Origin: Torpedo marmorata
Lineage: Eukaryota
Direction: 5' to 3'
Assembly (NCBI GenBank): GCA_977017645.1
Contig: OZ360237.1
Coordinates: 15,686,001-15,750,000, forward strand
DNA: 64,000 nt
Of this stretch, positions 36,279-46,379 are shown one piece after another. The first letter of the stretch is position 1. Each line of letters begins with the position of its first letter. Both the position numbers and the translations under genes were made by a program. The notes under the pieces are model-generated. The model worked only from the letters and a program-made list of their open reading frames with translations, was not told where the DNA came from and ran no database searches.

Positions 36279-36522
36279 GGCACCAATAGCCTGAACACAA
36301 CTGGGATTGTCTGATCTCGGAAGCTAAGCAGGCACAGGACTGGTCAGTACTTGGAGGGGAGACCGCCAAGGAACACCAGGTGCTGTAGGTTGCTGTGAGG
36401 GGGCGCTGGAAAAAGTAGCGACCCTCTGTCTGCCTTACGGTAGACAAAAATTAAAGAATTTCATGTATGTTACATTCTAAATGTAGTATTACGTGACAAT
36501 AATGGAACCTTTACCTTTACCT
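36279..36522 (+). mobile_element. 5S rRNA-derived SINE (SINE3-type) with a Rex1-like tail
   Basis: 5S head GTCTGATCTCGGAAGCTAAGCAGG...AGTACTTGGA.GGGAGACCGCC...GTGCTGTAGG to ~36391; tail CTGTCTGCCTT...GAATTTC...TGACAATAA..(ACCTTT)n. Confidence 0.85.
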
Positions 36523-36559
36523 AAATCTTTGCTGTGGAGAAGGTCATGGACTCCAAGGG

Positions 36560-37920
36560 ATTGAAAGAAATGAGTTGTGATGTCTTGGACTACAGAGGAA
36601 GTGCCAGGGGGGAGGCATTGGCAGCCTGAGAATGTATTCAAGTTAACAAATCCCCAGGGCCTGATGAAGTGTATCTTCACACGTCGTGGGAAGCCAGGGA
36701 AGAAATTGCAGAAGCCCTTGCTCCAATATTTGTATCATCTATGGCTTGACTGGAGGGTGGCTAATATTTGCGCCCTTGTGTAAATTGGGCACAAGGACAA
36801 GCCAGCAAACCACAGGCCAGTGAGCTTGACGTCAGTAGTTGTAAAACTAATGGAGGGGATTCTGAGGGGCAGGATCTACCAGCATGTGGATAGGCAGGGA
36901 CTGATAGAGGTGGTCAGCATGCTTTTGTGTGTGGGAGATTGTGTCTCACGAATCTGATAGACTTTTGAAGAGGTGACAAAGAGGATATAACCATATAACA
37001 ATCAGGGCAGTGGACGTAGTGTATGTGGACTTTAGCAAGTCCTGTGACCAAGGTCCAGCATGGCAGGTTAGTCTGAAAGGTTACATCACATGGGATCTAA
37101 TGAGAGCTTGCCAATTGGATTCAGAATTGGCTTAGTGGAAGTAGTCAGAAGGTAGTGAGGGATGTGTTTCTGCTTGGAGTCCTGTGACCAGTGGTGTGCC
37201 ACAGAGTTGGTGCAAGGTCCACTGTAGATCATTATCAATGTTAACAGTTTGGATGGTAAAGTAGGAATAAATGTGCAGCAAACAGCAACATTGGTGGTTT
37301 AGTGAACATTAGAAAGGATATCAACAGGATCTTGATCAAGGTGGGCCAAAGAGTGGAAAATGGAATTTAACTCTTAAGTGTGAGGTGGTTTTGCACTTGG
37401 GTAGTCAAACCAGGGTAGGACTTGCATGGTGAATGGCTGGGTCCTGGAGAGTGTTGTAGGACAGAGACACCGAGGGGTACAGGTGCATCATGAAAAGTGA
37501 TGACTCAGGTGGACAAGGTGGTGAAGGAGGCATTTGACATGCTGGCTTTCGTTGGGCTGGGTTTTGAGCACAAAAGTTGGGATCTCGCAATTCAGCTGTA
37601 GAAGTTGGTGAGACCACACAGAAAGCTGTGTGCAGTTCTCATCACCCAGCTATAGAAAGGGCATCAATAAATTGGAAGGGATGCAGAGGAGGTTCATCAG
37701 GATATTGCCGGGTCTACAGGACTACGGGTGACCTAGTAGAGGTTTATAAAATCATGAGGGGCATATGGATAAAGTGAATACTCGGTCTTTCTCCCAGGGT
37801 ATAGATGATTCCAGAACTAGAGGGCATAGGTTTATGGTGAGAGGAGGGAGCTGAGCAGCAACTTTACTGGTCCAGATGGGGATTGAGCTACCAGAGGAAA
37901 CTATAGAGGCAAGAAGTTTC
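36560..37920 (+). mobile_element. Decayed CR1
   Basis: Degenerate RT (VDVVYVDFSK; PVTSGVPQ) through the 3' end. Confidence 0.7.
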
Positions 37921-37984
37921 GATAGAGTTGATGGAAGGAGAGGGGTTTCTGTGATGGTCTGAGCTGCGCTCACAGCTCTCAAAT

Positions 37985-38740
37985 TTCTTGTTGTCTTTTC
38001 AGGAATGGATATTTTTGGATGAGCCACTGTGTTCATAATTGGCATCTAAACAGAAAACATTTAGCAAGACATTCCATCGTGCAGGAATCTGAATGCGAGC
38101 AGTTTGAGAAGAATGAGCTGTCACTTCCCATAACTGCTGTGGTGATCACTGATCGGCTTGAATTCATTTGTGTTGCTGAAACATGAAAATATGGAGTGAG
38201 CGATAGTTCAAGTTACCACAGTCTGAAGTGATCTTTCTATACTTCCATTGTGGATCAAGAAAAGCACAAGCATTTCCCAAATGTTGACCAAAATTTGATG
38301 TTAAATAGCAGTCTAATGAAAGATAAGGTTCATTTAACATTACACTGGTGAAACAGTTTGAGCATCTACGAGCACATGTTGAAATTTGTATAAAACATTA
38401 GTTCATGCAAAGTAACAGAATCCTGATAGGGAAGCAAGTTAAATGCATATTGGTTTAGTAATACTCTTTCTCACCTTTTTCCAGGAATTTAGTGACAAGA
38501 GATACATTTGCCCAGAGTAGGTAGTTAATTGTGAAGCTCTGCTTTTAACTTGTATCCCTAATATAATGTACATAGAATTGCAAAACGGAAAGAAAATCTA
38601 AGGAAAGAAAAACAAGATGGGAGTAAAAGGACGAATCTCAAGGCTGACATTTCTGGTGGCTCCCTCAGCACTATTTGAATACCAAACCCCACGTTTTGAC
38701 ATCCAGAAGAACAAAGGCAGCATGCAGAAAAATTCCTTCC
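37985..38740 (-). pseudogene. PA: Influenza-like PA C-terminal-domain EVE, about aa 400-660
   Basis: Colinear: GIQIVLREPPEMSALRFVLL~[30 protein letters not shown]~NFVSMEFSLT; LDPQWKY~LEPHKWEKY; CGNLNYRS~IGDMLIRS; NTNEFKPI~RTNGTSKI; CLAK~LLAK. Confidence 0.55.
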
Positions 38741-38744
38741 AAAT

Positions 38745-38865
38745 ACAGTACAACCCCTGGTATCCGGCACTTGTGGCGATTGGTAGACGCTGGATAAGTG
38801 AATTACAATGCCTAGTACACCTGCATTAAGAATAAACAGTTCAAAAGACAAAAAACAAAAATACT
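38745..38865. mobile_element. Tigger-like element end (related to 4672-4902), interrupted by Gypsy
   Basis: TA-CAGTACAACCCCTGGTATCCGGCAC. Confidence 0.6.
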
Positions 38866-38867
38866 AT

Positions 38868-41800
38868 TGTTGTGAGAATGAAAAGACTTGGTGACTGTTT
38901 TCCAAGCTTTACTCAACTTAATTTTATAGTTACAGTTGAAAATGAGAAATAAAAACTACTTAGCTCATACAACACATTCCAAATTCTAACGGTAGAATTT
39001 AAAAGAAAGGGGTGGGGCAGCAGCTAGAAGCTGATTGGAGGAAGAGAGGTCAGGTGACCTGAGGAGAATGCAAGCTCATTAACAATTAGAATTTCAGAAT
39101 CAATTTATTGTCATGAACAAGTCATGAAATTCGGTGTTTTGCGGCAGCATCTTAGTGCAATTAACATTCATATTAACCATCTAACGACATTACTATAAAA
39201 AATTATAAACAATAGTGCACGAAAAGTAAGGCAGTGTCTTTGGTTCATTGATTATTCAGGAATCTGATGGCAGCGGGGAAGAAGCTGTCCTTGTGCCGTT
39301 GAGTGCTCGTCTTTAGGCTCCTGTACCTTTTTCCCGATGGAAGCAGAGTGAAGAGGGCATGGCCTGGGTGGTGGGGGTCTTTGAGGATAGAGGCTGCTTT
39401 TTTAAGACACCGCCTCATGTAGATGTCCCTCCTAAAAAAATAAAAAAACACTGGCAGTATCAAGCAACACTTTATGGGACTACTCCCATCCATATCGATT
39501 GGGAGGTTTTGATACACGACCAGATCTCAGTTCTTGTGGAGCTACTGTTTCATCATCCTCCACACTATGGCATGTCATATCTTCCTCCTCCTCTAGTATT
39601 GGTACTACCAGATTTCTTTTTATCTTGTTCTACAATAGGAGATGTGGGGATTGCCTGGGCTTCTGGACAAGGTGCCAAGTCACGAACAGACACAGTAGAC
39701 TCCCGTCCATCTGGGTACCTGATGTTTGCATATGTTGGATTACTGTCAAGGAGTTCAACTTGATCTACAAGTGGTTTGTTCTTGTTACTCCTCACAAACC
39801 TTCTTAGTAGTTTGGGTCCAGGGGTCATTAGCCAGGAGGGCAGTGAATTTCCATGGGATGAGCAGCGTTGGAATGCAAAAAAAACGTTCATGGTGTGTAG
39901 TATTTGTTGCTGTACACAACAGCGATCTTTGGGAGTGTAGTACCTCAGGAAGCACCAGTTCCCAATGCTTCTCGGGCAGGTTACATGATCTAAGGGCAAA
40001 ACAGACTGCCTTCCATATGATGCCGTTGAACCTCTCTACCTGTCCATTCCCGATTGGGTGTATGGGGTAGTATGACTTGTGGCAACCCCCTTCTAGGAGA
40101 GATAATCTTTCAGATCCTTAGATACGAAAGTGGTGCCTCGATCAGAGTGTATGTAATTTGGCATTCCGCATAGGCTAAATAGCAGATCCAGACATCTGAT
40201 CACTGTTGTGGTATGCATATTGGGACATGGAAAGGCAAAGGGGAAACGCGAGTATTCATCGACTACTGTAAGTAGATATGGGTTACGCGAAGCTGTAGGC
40301 AAAGGTCCCTTGAAATCAATACTAAGCCGTTCCATAGGTTTTGTTGCTTTGATAAGAGTCCCTCCTGGTGGGTGGCAGAACTGAGGCTTTAGTTCAGCAC
40401 AGGCCCTGCATAAAGCACAAGTCTTCTTGACATCTTCTGTAGAAAAGGGGAGATTCTTTGCTCTAACAAAATGCAGCAGCCGAGTTATTCCTGGATGACA
40501 AAGTCCGTTGCGAATGTCAGCGAGTGTGGAGGTAGTAAAGGCTGAACAAGTGTACGCCCGACTAAATGCGTCAGGGACCACATTCTCTTTCCCAGGACGG
40601 TACCTTATTGTGTAACTAAATGCTGCAAGTTCCAGCCTCCATTCTTGAATCTTTGCGTTCTTTATCTTTGTACGCTTTTTATTGTCAAACATAAAGGCCA
40701 CTGACCTCTGATCAGTAACCAAGCTAAAGTGGCGCCGTGCCAGGTAGTGGCTCCATTTGCGCACTGCCTCAATGATGGCAGTCGCTTCTTTCTCTACAAT
40801 GTGGTAGTGCAATTCACTCCCTTGTAGCGTCTTTGACATGAATGCAACAGGCCGTCCTCCTTGGTTAAGGACAGCAGAAATAGTCACATCAGATGCGTCA
40901 CACTCTACCTCAAAGGGTAAGTTTTCATCCACCGAGTGCAGGGTGGCTTCCTCCAACTCTCTCTTTAGTATGTTAAAGGCGTTCAGGGCCTTTTCCTCCA
41001 TTGGAAACTTCTCTATATTTACCATCGGTTGAATCTTGTTAGAAAGCCCATGAATCCATTTGGCATAATAAGCAAACATCCCGAGTACCCTTTTTAAGGA
41101 TCGCAAATTTTCTGGTGGAGGAAGCTCTTGTAGTGGGCAAAGTCTCTCAGGATCTGGCTTAACGATACCATTCCCCACACAGTACCCAAGGACATTAATG
41201 GAATTCACAGACTTCACAGTCTTTGAATCATTAAGTGTTAGGTGCCTCTGACTGATGGTCTTTAGGAATTTCTTTACATTTTGATCACGTCCCTCTTGTG
41301 TATGTCCAACAATAGTGATATTATCAAGGTAAGGGAAGGCACCTTGCAGTTTTTCTTCTCTAACTAACTTGTCCATAGCCCACTGGAAGGCAGCTACCCC
41401 ATTTGTGACTCCAAATGGAATCCTACAAAATTGGTATAAACGTCCATTGGCTTCAAAAGCCGTATACTTCTTATCTGACTCCTTCAGTGACACTTGGTGG
41501 TAGGCACTTTTCAGGTCAAAGGTAGAGAACACACTATATTTTGCAAGTTCTTTCACCATTTCATCAATCCTTGGCAAGGGGTAAGCATCAAATTCCGTGT
41601 ATTGATTGATTGTCTGTGAATAATCCACACACATTTGCTTCTTGTGTCGGTGGGTAGGATCCTTCACCACTACCACTTGGGCTCACCATGGTGATATGCA
41701 CATCTCAATTATGCCTTCTGAAAGTAATTGGCGAATTTCCTCTGCAATGAAGTCCTGATCATCTTTGCTAAAGCGTCTTGATTTGGTAGCAATTGGTTTA

Positions 41801-43300
41801 CAGCTTGGTGATAAGTTTGGAAAAAGGGATGGCTCTTCTATTTTTGCTGCTGTCAGTGCACAGTAATGATCAGCACCATTCACAGTTAGCTCAGACAAGG
41901 GTCCTCCGTATTCAAATTTCACACTCAGATGCTGGCGCTGGAAATCCTGGCCAAGTATTAAGTCAGAACATAGGTTCTTCAATACACCAAGTCGTGTGGC
42001 AGCGTATGGCTGGCTATTAAGACTAAGAGTTAGGTCAACAACAACATATCCTTGGGAACTAGTGTTTAACGTTTTCTGAGCCATAGTAATGTCTTTACTG
42101 GATGGGTGAACCTTTAGTTTTAGTTCCTGCGTGACTTTCTCGCTAATGTAACTATCAGTGCTTCATGAATCCAACAGAGCACGTAACCTTTTACCATTCA
42201 GTCACAAAGGTTGCGGCTTGAGCGAATCCTTGTGGCACATTAGTAAGTGTAGTCAGTACATGAGAATTGACCACTGTTGCCACTGAGCTTGGTGAGGCCT
42301 TGGATTTGCACACCCGGGCATAATGTCCCTTCTTGGCACATTTATTACAAGTAGCCTCGCGTGCTGGACAGTTATCCCGTGAATGGTAAGAAAAACCACA
42401 GAAGAAACATTTCCGTTTTGTATTATAAGTGGCAGCCACAGCTGGTTTCTCAAGAGCAACTGGAAGGTTATCAGGCAGCCCTGCTAAAGAATCCTTCTCA
42501 CATACCTGGGGTACCTGTGGTGGTTCAGGGTTCACTACTGCAGCTGTATGGGCCGCCGGGGTAGCGTATGCATCATTATTGCGTTGAGCTACGTCTAACG
42601 CAGTTGCTTGGTTTTATGCAGTCTGTAAGTCCAGTGTTTTGTTTTCTAAGAGATGCTGGCGTATTGCAGGTGAGGCAATGCCAGCGATGAACACGTCACG
42701 CATTGCCTCGTTACCACACTGCTCCGCATTATGATCTCAAAAATTACAGTTTCTCTTTAACTTTTCCAACTCCCTGAAGAAATCATCTAATGATTCTCCT
42801 GGATTCTGCCACCTGGTAGCCAGTAAATGTCTGGCAAAAACCTCATTGGGAGTCTTCACATATAAACTGTCCAACTTAGAGATAGCTGAGTCAAAATTTT
42901 CACATCCTTCTATGTATTCGAAAACGTTGCAGCTCTTGTCCCTATAGTCGTCGACGTAGTTCATGAAAATTGTACGCCCGTGTCACCGCTCCTTGGCAGC
43001 TGTTGGTGAGTTGGGGTCAATGTCTAAGTACTTGGGCCTCCACACCGTCTCCATGCTTGACAATTAAGTTGAGTACATTGTTGTGAGAATGAAAAGACGG
43101 TGACTGTTTTCCAAGTTTTACTCAACTTAATTGTATAGTTACAGATGAAAATGAGAAATAAAAACTACTTAGCTCATATAATATATTACAAATTCTAACG
43201 GCAACAGTTAGAATTTAAAAGAAAGGGGCGGGGCAGCAGCTAGAAGCTGATTGGAGGAAGAGAGGTCAGGTGACCTGAGGAGAATGCAAGCTCATTAACA
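38868..43300 (-). mobile_element. Near full-length Gypsy LTR retrotransposon (gag-PR-RT-RH-IN, disrupted)
   Basis: LTRs at 38868-39084 and 43079-43300; CCHC; YLDN (YxDD variant); CDASD; HPG..C..C; DFKGP, VVDEYSR, SDRG. Confidence 0.93.
39090..39428 (-). mobile_element. Rex1 3' end inserted between the Gypsy PPT and 3' LTR
   Basis: Same family as 32657-33411. Confidence 0.85.
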
Positions 43301-43574
43301 ATTAAAGAATAACTTTGTAATATTACATTTATATTCTACTTACACTGAACAAGCTTCACTTGCATGCATATATAAACCTTAAAGCATTTTACTTTATTTT
43401 CAGTCACATTATTTGAAAACATTTAACCGTTGCTGCATCTGCAGGTTCCTCCCCCTTCACGGAGCCGCCCGAAAGACGGAATAACATTATAATTACCCCT
43501 CCCCTGACCTAAGCAGGGATAAGAAGACACTTTTAAGAGGGTCAACCCAACGGTGAGCAGCATCAACCAGCTCT

Positions 43575-44040
43575 TAGTCCTCATCAGCAATCATCAAGGA
43601 TCCACACCACCCAGCACACGCTCTGTTCTCGCTGCTATCATCAGGAAAGAGGTACAGGTGCCACAAGACTCGCACCTCTGGTTTTCCCCTCCTATAGTGC
43701 TCCTTGATTTTGGTGACATTGAGTGCAAGGTTGTTGTTAGTACACCATTTAGCCAAATTTTGAATCTCCCTCCTGTATGCTAACTTGTTGCCCCTTTTTA
43801 TACAACCCACTACTGTGGTATCGTCACCAAATTTGTAGATGGAGTTGTTGTGCGAAGTCACACAGTCATAGGTGTACAGCGAGTAGAGCAGGGAGCTAAC
43901 AACGAGGCCCTGTGGTGCTCTGGTACTGATGGAGATTGTGGAGGAGATGTTCTTACCAATCCTCACTGATTGTGGTTTAGAGGTAAGGAAATCCAGGATC
44001 CAATTACACAGTGGGGTGTTGAGGCCCAGTATGAGTTGGC
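43575..44040. mobile_element. Rex1 fragments in both orientations
   Basis: [13 protein letters not shown] (+, 43575-43680); [24 protein letters not shown] (-, 43680-44040). Confidence 0.75.
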
Positions 44041-44099
44041 CTATTTATTAGATTTTTCAACTGTCTTGCAACAATGTTTTCAGAAAAGAATAATTGAAA

Positions 44100-45900
44100 T
44101 GCAGGTTCCATGTTGGAGAATTCCATATCATTTAAGTGTCCTTCTTGTAGCATTGTGATTGAATGTCGAATCACAACGTGAACACAAGTGCTCAATGCCT
44201 GTGCAATCGAATAGACTGGAACTTGCTAGCTGTTGTGGAACTGCTGGCATTTAGCCATTGCAACCATGAATTCCATACATATGCTATCAACAATGGGAGC
44301 TTGGGATTTACTGACATATCAGGGAGACAGAATCTACTCATTCTGTCTGGAATCCCGTGATGGAATCTTGGATTTGGAATCTTGCTTGAATTCCTGAGCA
44401 GAAAAAATGTCGGGGACACAGGGGAGGCAAATTAGTCATTCAAACATTAATTCATTTTAATGTTTTTTTTTAAATTACACATTCCTATTTAACTATATTA
44501 CTTTAATTTTTAGAAGTAAAACACAAAAATCTGTAGACTCCGTGGTTGAAGTAAAGCACAATGCTGGAGAAACTCAGCAGGTCAAATAGTGTCCTTTATA
44601 TAACAAAGCATTGTGTTTTTACTTTAATTTTTATTTGTTTTTGTGCAGGTGTACCAGCTGTCAGGACTGGCTGCTGCCGCACTGCCACCACACCACTTGG
44701 CTCTGGGATGCAGAGGACCAGTGAGGCTTCAGCCAGGGTTAGTGGACGTGGAGATGATTGCAGATGGTGATTCTGGTTGGGTGGTGAATCAGCAAGCCTG
44801 CGCAGACCATTAGTTCAACAGTAGATCCTTAAAGCCTGAAGCAACTGAATACCAGACTCTGCAAGACTTACAACTGTCATATGGCTCCATAACACTACAG
44901 CTCTTTCCCTCAGGTACAGTGTGAAATCTATTAGCCTCTGTTTGGCACTTGTGCTTCGTTAGTTTTTAAATGAAATCTTAAACAAAAAAACAGTAAGTGC
45001 TGGAAATACTCAACAGGTCAGGCTGCATCTGTAAGGAGAGAGAGAGTTGTTATTTCCGATTGGAGACCCTTTGTCAGAACTGAAAAGGAAACCAAATACG
45101 CTTGTATAAAGCTGCCGAAGGGTGGGGGAAAGGCATGTCTCTGATAGGGTAACAAGCAGGGTAACCATGGGGATGACGTAAACAAGGTTCTCTGGTTCTT
45201 GAGTGAATGGGAGCAACAAGAGGGTGCGAACACGGACAAAATGTATGTAGAGCAGAAGGACGGGCCCTCTGGGTCAGGTCGAGCATGTCCTCCATTTAAA
45301 GAGAGACAAAAAAGGAAAAACGTGGGAGAAACCAGATTGGGTGACCATGTTGTGGGGCATCGGTTCTCAACAAGAGCTTTGTCTTGCCTGCCTCTTCAAT
45401 GTCCGTCCCACTCCCACCCTGACCCATCAGTCTGTGGCCTCCGGCACGATCACTGTGAAGCTCAACGCAAGCATGAGGAACAGCACCTGACTTATCGGCT
45501 AGGAACGCTGCAGCCCTTTAGACTCTATACCGAATTCTACAACTTCAAGTAACACGATTTCTCGGTCTGTATCAGCCATCCAACTGTGATATTTGCTCAG
45601 CTTGTTTCTCTCTCTGGGAGTGGATGAGCCCCTGGGCTTGTCCTCCTCCCTGCATTTCAAAACTCCCACATTCTTTTGTCTGAATTCTTTTTGTCTTGGT
45701 GCTGTTGAAGTGGACGTGCGGGCCAACGTTCGCCATCCAAGAAGAAAGGGGGACATTATTAAGAAGGGCCAGACTGGAGTGACAAAGTTGAATCTTCACT
45801 CCTGTACTCTCAGCTGGGTTCAGGCTCTGTAAAATAATGCAGCAACCAGACTTGACCCTTCAGCCATGGTCTGCTTTTGTCATCAAGGCCTGTGTCACTT
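44100..45900 (-). pseudogene. NP: Influenza-like nucleoprotein EVE, near full-length, split by three small insertions
   Basis: Colinear: ALFYRA*TQLRVQE*~RFYIQMCTELKLSDY; RPSALHTFCPCSHP~DPSLISTFAGSTLP (flu B); SCF..FKDL~SCFGAAYEDL; HWSSASQS~YWAIRTRS; VSPTFFLLRN~IQPTFSVQRN; FDI~FDM. Confidence 0.68.
45310..45552 (+). mobile_element. Penelope-like GIY-YIG C-terminal fragment
   Basis: VGETRLGD...EAQRKHEEQHLTYRLGTLQP. Confidence 0.7.
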
Positions 45901-45984
45901 GTAAACCATATATTTGCACTTGCAAATCACAAGGATGCTAATCATACATAATACATCGACACCCCTCAACTATGCTCCATCTGT

Positions 45985-46228
45985 AATTTAAAATTTAAAC
46001 ATACAGCACGGTAACAGGCCCTTTCGGCCCACGTGTCCGTGCCGCTCAATTTACACCCCATTAACCTACAGCCCCGGTACGTTTTGAATGGTGGGAGGAA
46101 ACCGGAGCCCCTGGGGAAAACCCACGCAGACACGGGGAGAACATTCAAACTCCTTACAGACAGTGCGGGATTCGAACCCCGGTCCTGATCGCTGGCGCTG
46201 TAAAGGCGTTGTGCTAACCATGCCCCCC
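45985..46228 (-). mobile_element. tRNA-derived SINE with a CR1-like tail (HE1-like)
   Basis: B-box GGTTCGAATCCC; tail GGGCCGAAAGGGCCTGTT..(TAAATTT)n; second copy at 51450-51660. Confidence 0.8.
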
Positions 46229-46379
46229 ATAGGCTGGGAAGGCAATGAGCGTTGCAAATTTTCAGTTGAAAATATGAAGCTTGTTTTTTTTATAGTGATG
46301 TGAAACAATTGGGAGTTCAAGGTGGATGTAAAAATACAATTGAACAATAGAACAAATTTGAGCATCTGAATGGCCAATT

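Noticed and set aside
36279-36391. Functional 5S rRNA gene
   Set aside because: Diverged 5' end, no oligo-T terminator, and it continues into a LINE-like tail, so it is a SINE.
37990-38045. PB2-like PIMNTVAHPKI
   Set aside because: Isolated motif; the surrounding sequence fits the PA C-terminal domain in order.
44050-44360. PA N-terminus on the plus strand (QQCFQKRIIEM, FTDISGRQ)
   Set aside because: It overlaps the minus-strand NP C-terminus, which is supported by colinearity with three upstream pieces; unresolved without an HMM search.
44650-44738. Host exon (TTTTTGTGCAG|...|GTTAGT)
   Set aside because: The minus strand fits colinearly into the NP fossil, and the pyrimidine tract comes from the adjacent repeat.
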